DNA of 56,150 nt, the filler included, from Stramenopiles sp. TOSAG23-2 (Eukaryota): the NCBI GenBank assembly GCA_900128395.1. It is 4 parts of 4 records of this genome, joined end to end, with 100 filler letters (N's around TTAATTAATTAA, not from the genome) between each part and the next. Parts side by side here need not be neighbours in the genome. Positions count along the whole stretch, not along the records: positions 42,205 to 56,150 come from LT649779.1; 3 more parts are not named here. One strand, 5' to 3'. Positions 55,028-56,150 of this stretch are shown piece by piece. The number at the start of each line of letters is the position of its first letter. Position 1 is the first letter of the stretch. Under the pieces are notes generated by a model that saw only the letters and a program-made list of their open reading frames with translations, was not told the origin of the DNA and did not search any database. The translations under genes were made by a program, and so were the position numbers.

Positions 55028-55197
55028 GTTATTCTTTTTTTGCTAATTGTTTCTAGATATATATATATATGTATGTATATATGTAAATAATATTGACTGT
55101 AATAAAAAAAATATAATATATTGTATAATATGATTATATATTTTCGTTCAAAATGTGTAATTTATAATTGTTATTATTAGTTTTCCTTATCAACTAT

Positions 55198-55229
<32 letters not shown>

Positions 55230-56013
55230 TACGAAAAAGACAAAGACAATTTTTTACACTTGTATAATTAAAATGATGAATATTTTGTAATAACAATGAT
55301 TGTATTGATGTACGATGGTATCACGAAAGGTTGTATGTGTTAACATTTTATTTACATTTGTTTTTATTAAAATTTTTATTTTTTTTGATGATTTTTTATT
55401 TATTAGGGGGGGGAAATTGATAGGTGTATATTTTAGTATACTAAAATATTAAAGCTTGTATATATGTTAAATGTAAATATAAGTTGTACTTAATAAAATC
55501 ATCTTCTTACAAAATAAAACCCGCATTAAAATGCATTAATTGGACGACTAAAAAAGAAAAATTGACTGGTAAATGACCAAAATGACAAAATTGAAGAAAT
55601 AAAATTAGTAATAATGGAAATTGGTATAGTAAAAATAAATACTTGAATCAGGTTGATACTATAAGAAGTATACATGTATACATACTATAAAATCGATTTC
55701 TTTTCATGCAATATATTAGTATATAAATATGATAGAGTAAATAAAATTCTTGATCTGTTTTAATAATCATAATATTCGGATATTAATATTTTCGTACAAT
55801 ATAGGAAATAGAACGATGTAGCTCCTTTGGGAACTGAAAAAGGTTTTCGGGAATGTTCGAAGATCGTTTGTTTGTGGTTGTGGCGTTTGGAATTTTATCA
55901 TTAAAAAATAGAATAGATTATCTCCATAGCGATATTTATACTAGAAACCGTATTTTAATAGTCTAATGGTAGATATATGCTATATATATTATTAGATTCG
56001 ATAGTTTTTTTGG

Positions 56014-56150
56014 AAAACCTCAAAAGAGAAAGATTGTGTGTGTGTGTTGTGTGTGATGCCATATTTTAAAAAGAGTGGATAAAATAAGAAATATAATGCG
56101 CATTTGTGCTTGTCAATTTTTTAAATTAAATACGAATATTTTAATATCAC
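56014..56150 (-). repeat. Inverted copy of the 53565 repeat unit at the contig end
   Basis: The reverse complement of 56021..56150 matches 53565..53694, and 56014..56020 matches 53824..53830. Confidence 0.9.

Overview
AT-rich, intron-poor eukaryotic (protist, possibly stramenopile; taxonomy is inferred only) DNA using the standard genetic code. The window is four unlinked contigs (13,988, 13,963, 13,953 and 13,946 bp, descending length) joined by artificial N44-TTAATTAATTAA-N44 spacers. Contig 1 is a ~14 kb palindrome folded on a (TA)16 tract. Each arm carries an atypical kinase-fold (SelO-like) protein, a 5'-nucleotidase and a type I membrane protein. Contig 2 carries an N-terminally extended Rab8-like GTPase, a cytochrome b561 and a 5'-truncated >3,400-aa DUF3638/DUF3645-type protein with helicase-like motifs, EF-hands and three CUB-like repeats. 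Contig 3 carries kinesin-14, RMDN1, a secreted GH99-like protein, a purple acid phosphatase overlapping an APE1L-like endonuclease, and a strongly divergent TBP-like gene. Contig 4 carries a GH38 alpha-mannosidase, a C2H2 zinc finger, a two-exon acetylornithine deacetylase, a COG0523/CobW GTPase and prohibitin 2. Several 130-330 bp tandem duplications look like co-assembled alleles. No rRNA, tRNA, CRISPR array or transposase was recognised. The best leads are the pseudokinase-like protein, the giant helicase-like Ca2+-binding protein and the half-degenerate TBP paralog. The palindrome is striking but probably an amplification or assembly artefact. All family calls are from recalled motifs, not database searches.
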